Below are positions 35,115 through 43,651 of a DNA stretch of 64,000 bases, piece after piece. The stretch comes from a virus. Taxonomy: Duplodnaviria > Heunggongvirae > Uroviricota > Caudoviricetes. Numbering within the stretch: position 1 is the stretch's first letter; each line of letters begins with the position of its first letter. The translations under genes were made by a program, and so were the position numbers. Below the pieces are notes generated by a model, which had not been told where the DNA came from, ran no database searches, and worked only from the letters and a program-made list of their open reading frames with translations. Location: IMG/VR virus record IMGVR_UViG_3300017971_000191; one strand, written 5' to 3'.

Positions 35115-36068
35115 TTACTCGCAGGTAACGCAGCCTCGGTCTCCCAGGCGAGAGCCGAGGACGGTCAACTCCATCTCCGTCACGGCGGTCTGCATGTTGT
35201 CGGCGAACCGCTCCAAGGTCAGCCGTTGAGAGTTGAAGCGCTCCAGGTCCCTGGTGATGGCCTCCAGTTCCTCGCAGCCGCAGCAGGGCAGGCAGCACTT
35301 GTCCTTGATCTTGAAACCGTGTTCCGTGGGGACGATCTCGATGCACTCGTCGCCGGCGATGAAGAAGCGGCCATCCGGGGTCGGCGGGACGCCGTTGAAG
35401 CTCCGCACGCAAGGCTTCTCGGCCAGCTCTCCCTCGCAGATGCAGTCCTGCGTCAGGCCCTCGCCGTCGATGGCATTGAAGACCAGCTTGGGATTCTGCC
35501 CGGCCACGATCACCGGCACGATCTGCATGTTGTTGCCGGCCACCAGCTCGATGTCACCTTGGAGCCGCTCGGACCGTTCGTCTCCGTTGACGGCAATCAG
35601 ACCCACCACGCCGCGGATCTCCGGACGGATAGCGTCCGGATCGAGCATCGTGTCCTCGAAATCGAACGTCCACAGCCCGGCCGGCTGCTCGTCGATGGCC
35701 TCGGTTCGCCCGATGACCACCTCGCCGTGGATGTCCTGGAAGGGCTCCACGCCGCCCAGGTTGTACGCCTTGCCCCTCCAGTGCCCTTCCTTGGGGATCA
35801 TCGCCGTGGCCACGTCGTAGATCGTCACGCTGCCGTCGTAGGCCACCGTGAGCGAGTAGCCGGTCTCCGAGGCGTAGACCTGGCGGATGAAGAACTTCCC
35901 CGGCTCCATGTCGGTGGCCGCGTGGATCGGCAAGTGGAGATAGATCAGCCACTCGTTGGGGATCTCGAACGACTCCGTCTTGTCCTTCAGCGTGGCACCC
36001 AGCGCGAAAGGGTAGTCACGCTGGGCATTGTGGACTTGCCACGGAAGATTCCATTGTGAGAGAGGCAT
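35115..36068 (-). CDS. Distal tail/baseplate paralog 1
   Basis: WQVHNAQRDYPF; RSFNGVPPTPDG; CCLPCCGCEEL followed by coiled coil. Confidence 0.7.
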   Translation of the reverse strand: MPLSQWNLPWQVHNAQRDYPFALGATLKDKTESFEIPNEWLIYLHLPIHAATDMEPGKFFIRQVYASETGYSLTVAYDGSVTIYDVATAMIPKEGHWRGKAYNLGGVEPFQDIHGEVVIGRTEAIDEQPAGLWTFDFEDTMLDPDAIRPEIRGVVGLIAVNGDERSERLQGDIELVAGNNMQIVPVIVAGQNPKLVFNAIDGEGLTQDCICEGELAEKPCVRSFNGVPPTPDGRFFIAGDECIEIVPTEHGFKIKDKCCLPCCGCEELEAITRDLERFNSQRLTLERFADNMQTAVTEMELTVLGSRLGDRGCVTCE

Positions 36069-36079
36069 CCCTGCCCTCC

Positions 36080-37891
36080 TTAGCTAGCCGCCGACAGCAC
36101 TCCGGTCTGCTGCATGATCCCGCACTCCCCGGAGTAGCCGTCCAGGTCGTCGCTGGGATCGCGGGTGACACGGATGAATACTTCATCACCGGGGGTGATC
36201 GCAAAGGTCGAGCTGGTTGCCTCCACGGCCTGGTTGGCCGCGACCGCGCCGGTGGGGTCGAAGGTCAGCGCCGTGTAGGACTCGTCCACGTCGACCGGCG
36301 TGTCGAGACCGTCCGTGGGACGGTTGACGATGTTGTACTCCACGGTCAGCGGCGGCAGGGTTCCCGCGCTGCGGCCGAGCACGGTGGCCCGGTAGGCGAA
36401 GAGGCTGCCGGCGTCCACGTCTGTGGGCACGACAAAGCGGGCCACGAAACGGGACAGGTTGTCGTTGGGCAGACCCAGATAGAGAGCCGGGAAGTGCTCT
36501 TCGGTGGCGCCCATCAGACGGATGAGCTGGGGACGCAGCTCGCGGCTGGTCGATTCCGTCACGGAAATCTTCGTGTGCCCGTGATGAACCGTCTTATTCT
36601 GCCAGGTCGTCGTGGCCTGCCCCAGCAGCGTGACGTTGGAGCTGCCGGCGTAGAGACCCGAGGTCACCGGGCCGCGATGGATCTTGCCGGTGGCCTCCTC
36701 CAGTTCCTTCATCGCCAGGTAGCCGACCTTGTTGTCGTCCCCCATGGTGAGGTTCAACTCCAGGTCGATCTCCAGGTCGCCGGTCGAGGCAACGTCCGTG
36801 CTGCCGGCGCAGTAGATCTTCAGCCGGTCGTCTAGCGACACCAGGCTCGTGACCATCGAGTCGGTGGCGAACTGGAGCTTGGTGAACCAGAGCACCAAGG
36901 ACATGCTGGGGTCGCGGGGACACTCCGGCGGGAAGTCGTCGTTGACCTCCTCGGAGGCGGACTCGGTGGAGGCGTCCGTGGTCAGGTTCCGGGGCCAGGG
37001 CACGTCACCCCAACAGTCGGAGAGCCACCAGATGCCGTTGCGGTCGATCACCGCCAGCCCGCCGGGTCCCAGGGGCACGCCGTTGTAGCCTTCCTCGGGA
37101 TCGACGGCCTTGTCCCACTCCAGGTAGACATTTTGCACGGGGACCGGCGGCCAGATGTTCCGCAGGGCGGCGTGGGCGGCCAGGTTGTAGCCAAACACGG
37201 CGTTGCTGGGGGCCAGTCCCTCGAAGCTGGCGTGGTCGGCCGGCAGCCAGCCGGGCCAGGCCCCGTTGGGAGCCTCGATGCTGTGGCGGTTCCCCGGGTC
37301 CGGCGGCGAGTGGGCACCGGCCGGGGCGCAGGTCAGCTCGAACCGGTAGTGCCGGTGCGTGTCGAGGAAGTCGATGAACTGCGGGTTGACGAAGACGTAG
37401 CCCCCATCCCGCGCGCGGAGCACGGGGACGGTGACCGGGGGCCGTGCCGTTGTCAGCATCCCCGGCGAGGCTGCGCTGAGGTAGTAGGTCCCCGGATCGA
37501 CGTCACCATCGACGGCCGCCGAGATGTCGATGTCGTCGTAGCCGAACAGCAGCAGGTCGGCCAGGGTGGCGTTGTGCTTGATGGCACAGATGCCCCACAC
37601 CTGGGACGAAGCTGCCGTGGTCAGCAAGCCCGTCTCCAGGTCGTTGCTGACGTTGGCCAGGGCTCGCTTGAACTCTTGCGAGGCCGTGTGGAAGTAGACG
37701 GGCATGCCCACCTGGACGGCGGACTCGATCGTGACCTCGCGGGCATAGACGGTGGAGCCCAGAGCCGCGGCGGAGATCACCTCCCACAGGTACTCAATGT
37801 TTTGGTGAAGCTGCCCGATGGGGCGGTTTGGCGTCCCCGCCACCACCGGCTCGTTCGGCCTCACCAGTTTGATCAGACGTTCCAGACTCAT
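36080..37891 (-). CDS. Virion structural protein
   Basis: 603 aa; N-terminal G.PVY...GI...G...PG.YYLS...G.LT pattern like decoration/fibre-base domains; position in tail cluster. Confidence 0.6.
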   Translation of the reverse strand: MSLERLIKLVRPNEPVVAGTPNRPIGQLHQNIEYLWEVISAAALGSTVYAREVTIESAVQVGMPVYFHTASQEFKRALANVSNDLETGLLTTAASSQVWGICAIKHNATLADLLLFGYDDIDISAAVDGDVDPGTYYLSAASPGMLTTARPPVTVPVLRARDGGYVFVNPQFIDFLDTHRHYRFELTCAPAGAHSPPDPGNRHSIEAPNGAWPGWLPADHASFEGLAPSNAVFGYNLAAHAALRNIWPPVPVQNVYLEWDKAVDPEEGYNGVPLGPGGLAVIDRNGIWWLSDCWGDVPWPRNLTTDASTESASEEVNDDFPPECPRDPSMSLVLWFTKLQFATDSMVTSLVSLDDRLKIYCAGSTDVASTGDLEIDLELNLTMGDDNKVGYLAMKELEEATGKIHRGPVTSGLYAGSSNVTLLGQATTTWQNKTVHHGHTKISVTESTSRELRPQLIRLMGATEEHFPALYLGLPNDNLSRFVARFVVPTDVDAGSLFAYRATVLGRSAGTLPPLTVEYNIVNRPTDGLDTPVDVDESYTALTFDPTGAVAANQAVEATSSTFAITPGDEVFIRVTRDPSDDLDGYSGECGIMQQTGVLSAAS

Positions 37892-38249
37892 CCTGAGCGA
37901 CCTCCGTGTCGTACAAGGTCCGCAGCTCGATCGGACGGCCCTCCCGCTTGTGGCGGGCGATTCCTTGCCTCATACCGTCCGTGATCCCGTGGTCGACGTA
38001 GACCACCGCGGCGTCGACGACTCGGCTAAAAGCCAAGCCGGCTTCGATTCCGAGGCGCCTTTCCTCCGGGTCATTATCGTCCAGAACACCTTCCTGTGTG
38101 TAGAGCAGATGAGACGCAAAAGGGGCCTCCCCCCGCTTCAAGCAGTCACGGAGGCAGGCCCTCGCGTATTCTTTGTTTTCTCTCGTCCCCTTCTGAGTCT
38201 TGCTTTTGAAGGGACTTTCGACGACTACCAGCCTTTTCGGTTCGGGCAT
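37794..38249 (-). CDS. Nucleoside deoxyribosyltransferase-like (DUF4406-like) protein
   Basis: VVVESPF...N..YARAC..D...RGEAPFASHLLYTQ..LDD..P.ER..GI.AG...VY.DHGI..GM..GI; start MPEPKR at 38249. Confidence 0.7.
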   Translation of the reverse strand: MPEPKRLVVVESPFKSKTQKGTRENKEYARACLRDCLKRGEAPFASHLLYTQEGVLDDNDPEERRLGIEAGLAFSRVVDAAVVYVDHGITDGMRQGIARHKREGRPIELRTLYDTEVAQDESGTSDQTGEAERAGGGGDAKPPHRAASPKH

Positions 38250-38277
38250 CTGGGCCTCCGTGCCCCGTGGGGCTCTC

Positions 38278-39324
38278 CTAGCTTGTGGGTTCGGGTTTGG
38301 GTTTAGGTTCCGGCGGCAAGAGCTTACGCAGCCCTGCCTGGAACGTATCGCGCTGCTCGGCAGAGAGCCGGGCAAGCAGCCCTTCTTCATTGACGTTGTG
38401 GAGGACGCGGCCGAGAACACCAAAGTCGATGTGCTCCACCACGGGGAAGTCCTCGAACGCGAGAGCCCGCGACGGGGCACCCCAGGCCTGCAAGGCATGG
38501 ACGGCGATGCCGGCCAGCTTGCGGACGTTGTTCAACGCGCAGAGGATACCGGGCCGGGACGTCCACTGATCGTCGGCTCGTCGCAGATACGTGCCGAACA
38601 TCGTCAGGTAGGCCGTGTCGTCCTTGATCTCGGCACACTTGCCGAAGGTCTCGGGCGACAGCTCCCGCAACTTCTGCGGCAGATCCTCGTCCTGGTACTT
38701 CCGCTCGTCGGCCACGATCTGGCAGATGGCGCCGAAGCTCAGCGGCGGAGCAACGAAGTTCCTCTCCAGGACTGCCGGGTCCAGCTCGTCACCGGAGATC
38801 AGCGGGTAGCGAGCGATCGCTCCCTTGTGCTTCATGCAGGTCATCGCCAGGTTGGCGAGCTTGCGGAAGTAGCTCTGGACGTTGGCTCCCGGTTCGACGG
38901 TCACCACCTTGTTGGCTTCCTGGAGTGTACCGCGCATGAAGCTGAGCCAGGCCGTGATCGGTTTCTCTTTGTCGGGAACACGGTTGACTCCGGCCTCTTT
39001 GGCGGCCTTTTCCCAGCGGTCAATGGCGTACTCCATCTCACCGGCGACGACGTTGAACACCTCGTTAAGAGTCGACTTCATATTGGGATTCCTGTCTTGT
39101 ACGGGTACGACGGGTTCCGTCCACGTGAATAGTCCGGGGGCCGCGCGTCCGTACTTGACCTCAATGATGTCCGTCAGGATGCCGGCGTAGTGGCACATCG
39201 TGCCTTTCAGCCGGCTATCGTGGTAGGGCTGACGGAACAGCTCTTCGTAGGTGTCTCCCTCGTATTCAACATCTTCGCCGTTAGGGAGACGAGCGGCAAA
39301 GACGAATGGTTTGGTCAGATCCAC
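38278..39324 (-). CDS. Protein with two tandem helical domains (MazG-like fold suspected)
   Basis: RKLANLAMTCMKHKG and RKLAGIAVHALQAWG repeats; GTG start at 39324. Confidence 0.55.
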   Translation of the reverse strand: MDLTKPFVFAARLPNGEDVEYEGDTYEELFRQPYHDSRLKGTMCHYAGILTDIIEVKYGRAAPGLFTWTEPVVPVQDRNPNMKSTLNEVFNVVAGEMEYAIDRWEKAAKEAGVNRVPDKEKPITAWLSFMRGTLQEANKVVTVEPGANVQSYFRKLANLAMTCMKHKGAIARYPLISGDELDPAVLERNFVAPPLSFGAICQIVADERKYQDEDLPQKLRELSPETFGKCAEIKDDTAYLTMFGTYLRRADDQWTSRPGILCALNNVRKLAGIAVHALQAWGAPSRALAFEDFPVVEHIDFGVLGRVLHNVNEEGLLARLSAEQRDTFQAGLRKLLPPEPKPKPEPTS

Positions 39325-39986
39325 TGGTCTTTCGGGAGAATCTCGAAGCCGACAACGGTGATACCGTCCTCCCTGCCCCAATCAGGTCCGTAAGCGTCCC
39401 TCATGGCCCTTCCCAGCCCCTCAAGGGTCCGGCAGGCCTCGGCGTGCTCCGACCCGAGCCACCCCTCGGGGATCAGCAGCGGCGAGACGAAATGCGTGAC
39501 GTGCTTCACCAGGGCCTGGTGCAGGACGGGCATGTCGTCGATCATCCCCTCCGGCGGCGGAGTCTCAACGATCTCCACCAGGTCGCCGGCACGGCACTGG
39601 TTGGCCCACTTCCGCCCGTCACGGACGGTGATGTTGAGCTGTCCCGGAGGATTCACCTCGGGGTTGATGAAGAGCATGCGGTGCACCCGCAGGTACAGCG
39701 GGCACTCCCGCACGGGCGTGACCACGTTGTGCTCCACGCAGATCTCGTAGAGCTTGCTGGCGATCGGGCAGTTCTTTTCGCGCCTGCTGGGATGGAACCG
39801 TCCGCAGGTCCAGCAAAGACAATCCTGACGGTGTCCGCCTTTGAGATGGGTCATGACGAACACGCTGACCCCGTGGTGGACGTACTTCTCTACCTGGAAG
39901 AACGGCACCGGGGCGGGACTACAGGCAACACCGCTGGCGGTGGCGCAGCACGAGCTACCTTCGGGCATACAAAACTCCTTCTGCAA
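39315..39986 (-). CDS. Cys-rich domain + ASCH/PUA-like domain protein
   Basis: CLC..C, CP...C..CP; NITVR.G.KW...GDLVEI...EH...L..AM...YG...ITVV.F. Confidence 0.55.
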   Translation of the reverse strand: MQKEFCMPEGSSCCATASGVACSPAPVPFFQVEKYVHHGVSVFVMTHLKGGHRQDCLCWTCGRFHPSRREKNCPIASKLYEICVEHNVVTPVRECPLYLRVHRMLFINPEVNPPGQLNITVRDGRKWANQCRAGDLVEIVETPPPEGMIDDMPVLHQALVKHVTHFVSPLLIPEGWLGSEHAEACRTLEGLGRAMRDAYGPDWGREDGITVVGFEILPKDQWI

Positions 39987-39999
39987 AACGAACCACGGG

Positions 40000-40653
40000 T
40001 CAGTTCAGGGTCAATTCCCATTCCAACCCGACTTGACTGGTCGCCAGCTTGGGCTGCTGATCGTCGGCATCGAAGTAGAAGCTGCTGAGGATCAGATCCT
40101 GCGTGGCGTCGGCGGCATCCACGAGGGCCACCAGTGAAGCCCCAAAGATAACAGAATTGCTGGCGAAGCCAAAGGCCTTTCCATGAACTCCCGCCGTCCC
40201 CTGGCTGCGGGCGAAGAAGACGGGCTGGTTTCCCTTGGGGAAGGTGTCCTCGTCGCTGGAGCCGAAGGTGTGGGCCGTCATGGGCACCCGCAGGTAGTCC
40301 CGCACGGCATTGCCGGCCAGGTTGTTGTAGTATTCGATGTCCCGGGTGCGGTCGAACGAGGGAGCGGCAACGGTGTCTCCCGGGGCCACCACGTTCTCGT
40401 ACTCCAGGTACATGCCGCCGATCCGGTAGTCGATGTTGCCCTCGGTCATCAGGCGACCGACGATGGCACCCCATTCGTAGACGATGTCGTTGGGGACCCA
40501 AGACGTGCGCGGAACCCAAAGCTGCCGGTCTTCCAGTTCCGGGTCCCAAACGTAATGGGCTCCCGGCGAGTTCCAGTGCTCCATGTCGACAGTGACCAGG
40601 TTGCCGCGGACCCGACCGCGGATGTGTTTGCCGGGCTGGATGATGTCTCTCAT
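40000..40653 (-). CDS. Putative virion structural protein
   Basis: ATG at 40653 overlapping baseplate gene stop; beta-rich. Confidence 0.65.
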   Translation of the reverse strand: MRDIIQPGKHIRGRVRGNLVTVDMEHWNSPGAHYVWDPELEDRQLWVPRTSWVPNDIVYEWGAIVGRLMTEGNIDYRIGGMYLEYENVVAPGDTVAAPSFDRTRDIEYYNNLAGNAVRDYLRVPMTAHTFGSSDEDTFPKGNQPVFFARSQGTAGVHGKAFGFASNSVIFGASLVALVDAADATQDLILSSFYFDADDQQPKLATSQVGLEWELTLN

Positions 40654-42182
40654 TGACATTTTCCTCGAATCTGGTAGAGGCGTAGGCGCTCGGTAACCAT
40701 GGTGGGACCGTGGATGATCTCGGACCCCACCATGCACGGAAAACCGCTCACCTGTTCCGTGTAACCTGGCCGGGTTTCCGATCCCGACCCGTCCATGGTG
40801 ATTGCTTCGTCGGCGTACTCCAGCTCGACGATGACCAGCATGACCGTCTGCGGCGGCACGAGCCGCTGGAGGTGGGTGGCAGCCGCCAAGCCGAGCTTGG
40901 CCTGGCCCATCAACCCCGGACGAATCTTGACGACGAACATGTGGTAGCGGAAGAAGTTCTCGACCATGAACTCCAACGGATTGATTGTTTCGGGCAGGGC
41001 GCCGGCCGGCGGCTCCCCGGTAGGATTCGGCCTCGGGTCGAGAATCTGAGCCAGCGTCTTCCCCCGGGCAATGCCTCGCTCGTGAACGTCGTCGAAGAAC
41101 TGCTCGACGTCTCCCGGGAAACCCTCGATCTCGAAGGAGGCTTTGACGCGATCGTTCGCGTCGGTGGTCGTTACCAGGGTCACGTCCTCGTTGTTGAACA
41201 CCAGCTCCCCGTAGTAGCTGTTGTCCAGCAAGCCGGGGCCGACAACCAGGGCATCCAGCTCGGCCGGGACGGCGCCGGAGTTCAAGTCGAAGAACTGGAG
41301 CGTGTCAACCAGGGGGTCGCCGGCACGGACAACATCCGAGGAGTCGACCAGGGGCACCGAGTCCTTGGGGAAACGGTAGACATGCTGATCCGTGACGATC
41401 ACCAAGGCCGACATGTCGTCCACACGCAGCTCCACCGTCTCGGTGGCCTCGCAGGCCAGAGGTACGCCGGTGATCGCCGACCAGGCGAACTGGAGGTCGC
41501 GGGACGAGGTGCCGCGGATGATGCCGTCCAGGATGGCGTTGAGCAGCTCCTTGTAGCCCTCGCTGGACTCCATCTTCATCTTCAAGGCGTAGCCGAATTG
41601 CTCGTAGACGTTCTCCCAGTCCCACTCGCTGCGGAAGAGCCACAGCCCGGCCTGGCGATCGGTGACGACTCCGTCCGTGAAGACTTCCTGGATGGGGACC
41701 AGGGAGTTGCTGAAAGGATTGTCACGGAACGTGACCACTCCGTCCTCGACCCAGAAGTCGAGGTTCTTGGCCAGAGTCACCGAGGGATCGCTGATGCGGT
41801 TCATGATCATCCGCACGTCGTGCACGCCCTCGGGCAGGGTGACGGAGTAGTAGACGCTGAGCTTGGGATCGTCGTAGTTGGCCGTAGCGTCGTAGGTGAT
41901 CTCCCCGTCGTACTCGTAGACGTTTGCGCTGTTGACCTCCGACTCCAGGAAGGTGAAGAAGTACCAGTTCTCCTTGTGAAATACGGGGATCTCGAATCGC
42001 GAGCAGGAGGCCAGCAGCTCCAGCATCTGCCGGTGACTTTCCGCGTCTAGCTGAGCCCGCGAGTGCGCAGTCTCCCTGACCAGATTGTCTCCCTGGTAGG
42101 TGCGGCACCAGAAGCTGCCCAACAAGGTCAGGAGCCGTTCTGGTTCGTCGAAGTCACTGCCTGGGAAAATGAACTCAGCCAT
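40650..42182 (-). CDS. Baseplate wedge-associated protein
   Basis: About 510 aa in the baseplate cluster; LL.LLGSFW...Y N-terminus; start MAEFIF at 42182. Confidence 0.6.
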   Translation of the reverse strand: MAEFIFPGSDFDEPERLLTLLGSFWCRTYQGDNLVRETAHSRAQLDAESHRQMLELLASCSRFEIPVFHKENWYFFTFLESEVNSANVYEYDGEITYDATANYDDPKLSVYYSVTLPEGVHDVRMIMNRISDPSVTLAKNLDFWVEDGVVTFRDNPFSNSLVPIQEVFTDGVVTDRQAGLWLFRSEWDWENVYEQFGYALKMKMESSEGYKELLNAILDGIIRGTSSRDLQFAWSAITGVPLACEATETVELRVDDMSALVIVTDQHVYRFPKDSVPLVDSSDVVRAGDPLVDTLQFFDLNSGAVPAELDALVVGPGLLDNSYYGELVFNNEDVTLVTTTDANDRVKASFEIEGFPGDVEQFFDDVHERGIARGKTLAQILDPRPNPTGEPPAGALPETINPLEFMVENFFRYHMFVVKIRPGLMGQAKLGLAAATHLQRLVPPQTVMLVIVELEYADEAITMDGSGSETRPGYTEQVSGFPCMVGSEIIHGPTMVTERLRLYQIRGKCQ

Positions 42183-42183
42183 C

Positions 42184-42201
42184 CTCAAAACCGCTTTTGA
42201 G
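42184..42201. promoter_or_regulatory. 18-bp palindromic site 3
   Basis: CTCAAAACCGCTTTTGAG, 2 nt upstream of the ATG at 42182. Confidence 0.75.
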
Positions 42202-42206
42202 AAGAG

Positions 42207-42239
42207 GACCCGCCGCCGCCCTTCCTACGACGGCGGGTC
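42207..42239. terminator. GC hairpin next to palindrome 3
   Basis: GACCCGCCG-15nt-CGGCGGGTC. Confidence 0.45.
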
Positions 42240-42290
42240 TCCGATCGGTTCCACTACGCAACGTGCGTAACGATACTGCGAAGCGTCCGC

Positions 42291-42635
42291 CTACTCCACC
42301 GGGACATAGATTGTCGGTCCCCTAATCACGGCGGGCGCCGGGCTGACGTAAACCCCGGTTGCCCACCTCTGAGGGTAGATCACGGTCGGTGCCATGACAG
42401 TGACAGGCGTAGTTCTCTGTATCGTTTGTGATGTTACGACCCGGCCGGCGCGCCAGCGGAGGAGGCCGAGAGGACCGGACCTCCAGACCGGTGCGGTGGT
42501 GGTTGCCACCGTGTACGGGCCGGCGGCGTCGATGCCGCTGGCGTACGTCGTAACCTGTGCGTCACATGGCGTTGCGAATGTCAGCAGGCCCAGGGCTGCA
42601 ATCATCAACCCCACGGCCAAGAAAACTCCTCGCAT
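42291..42635 (-). CDS. Small secreted T/V/P/Y-rich protein
   Basis: Signal peptide MRGVFLAVGLMIAALGLLTFATPCDA; low-complexity mature part; AGGAGG RBS. Confidence 0.75.
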   Translation of the reverse strand: MRGVFLAVGLMIAALGLLTFATPCDAQVTTYASGIDAAGPYTVATTTAPVWRSGPLGLLRWRAGRVVTSQTIQRTTPVTVMAPTVIYPQRWATGVYVSPAPAVIRGPTIYVPVE

Positions 42636-42725
42636 AAGCGTGATCCTCCTTGTTCTGGTGTGAAGTCGTCTTTCTCTTTCTCTGTCAGATGCACTCTCTC
42701 TCTGAAACGGAATCTGATGTGCGGA

Positions 42726-43640
42726 CTACTTCTTCTTCATGGAACCTCCTTTGCTTCCGGGAACAAGTTCGTACCCGTCGACTTTCAAGTCAGAACAGGT
42801 GACACGGAACGACTGGCGACATTCACTGCGCTCCAGCATCATCCGCACCGGATTGTCCTTACCGTAGAGACGCTGGATCGCCACAGTGTCGTCCCACTGC
42901 GGGGTTGCGACAAGAGGGTTGTACCAAGGCGACATCAGGGCGCCCTCTTTCTCGATGTGTGAAAGTCCCAGCATGTGACCGAACTCGTGGCAGGCGACGT
43001 TGAACAGGAGGACGCCACGCTTGTTGGCGCTCTCCACCCACGTCTCCCCGAGATCGAATTTCATGGTGAGCTGCTGCGTGTTGTCCTCGCCCGGCATGTA
43101 GGCCCAGGCCAGGGTGCCACCGGGGCCGTCGAAGAAGCTCCGCTTCCCCTCGCCGGTGTCGATGATCAGGTCGGCCGAGCGAGCCCGGGGCGAACGGCTG
43201 ATCTCCAAGCCGCAAGCCTTGTCCCAGGCTTCCCAGCAGGCATGGAAGATATGGTTCTGGGCCGAGCGGGAGACGCCTTTGATGTAGCTCTTGACGTACC
43301 ACTTCAGACCCTTCTTCTTCCACATCTTCTTCTGGGCCTTGGCGGCCTCGGCCATGCGAATCGCGTCCTGATGATCGGGATTGGTCGAGTCAAGCCGGTC
43401 GGGCAGTCCGCAGCGAGGCTGCATGATCGCCCGCATGGTCTTGGGGCCGACTACACCGTCGCGCTTCAGGCCGAACCACTTCTGGAAGACCTTGACGGCC
43501 AGCTCGATGTCTTCCTTGGTGACCTGGGACACCAGGGCGTAGCCCAGATAGCCGAAGAACGTCAGGTAGGAGATGGTCGCGGCCATCTCCTCGCGGCGGA
43601 GGCCGTGGGCCTCCATGTACTTCTTTTCTCCTCCGTTCAT
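42726..43640 (-). CDS. Matrixin (M10/MMP-like) zinc protease with PG-binding-like prodomain
   Basis: AVKVFQKWFGL..DGVVGPKT, cysteine switch PRCGLPD, FDGPGGTLAWAY, HEFGHMLGLSH, Met-turn ALM. Confidence 0.92.
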   Translation of the reverse strand: MNGGEKKYMEAHGLRREEMAATISYLTFFGYLGYALVSQVTKEDIELAVKVFQKWFGLKRDGVVGPKTMRAIMQPRCGLPDRLDSTNPDHQDAIRMAEAAKAQKKMWKKKGLKWYVKSYIKGVSRSAQNHIFHACWEAWDKACGLEISRSPRARSADLIIDTGEGKRSFFDGPGGTLAWAYMPGEDNTQQLTMKFDLGETWVESANKRGVLLFNVACHEFGHMLGLSHIEKEGALMSPWYNPLVATPQWDDTVAIQRLYGKDNPVRMMLERSECRQSFRVTCSDLKVDGYELVPGSKGGSMKKK

Positions 43641-43651
43641 GCCGATTCTCC

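Noticed and set aside
38193-38210. Partial matches to the 18-bp palindrome (also 39970-39983, 44346-44354, 56271-56284)
   Set aside because: Only one arm, or several mismatches; cannot be told from chance without a genome-wide model
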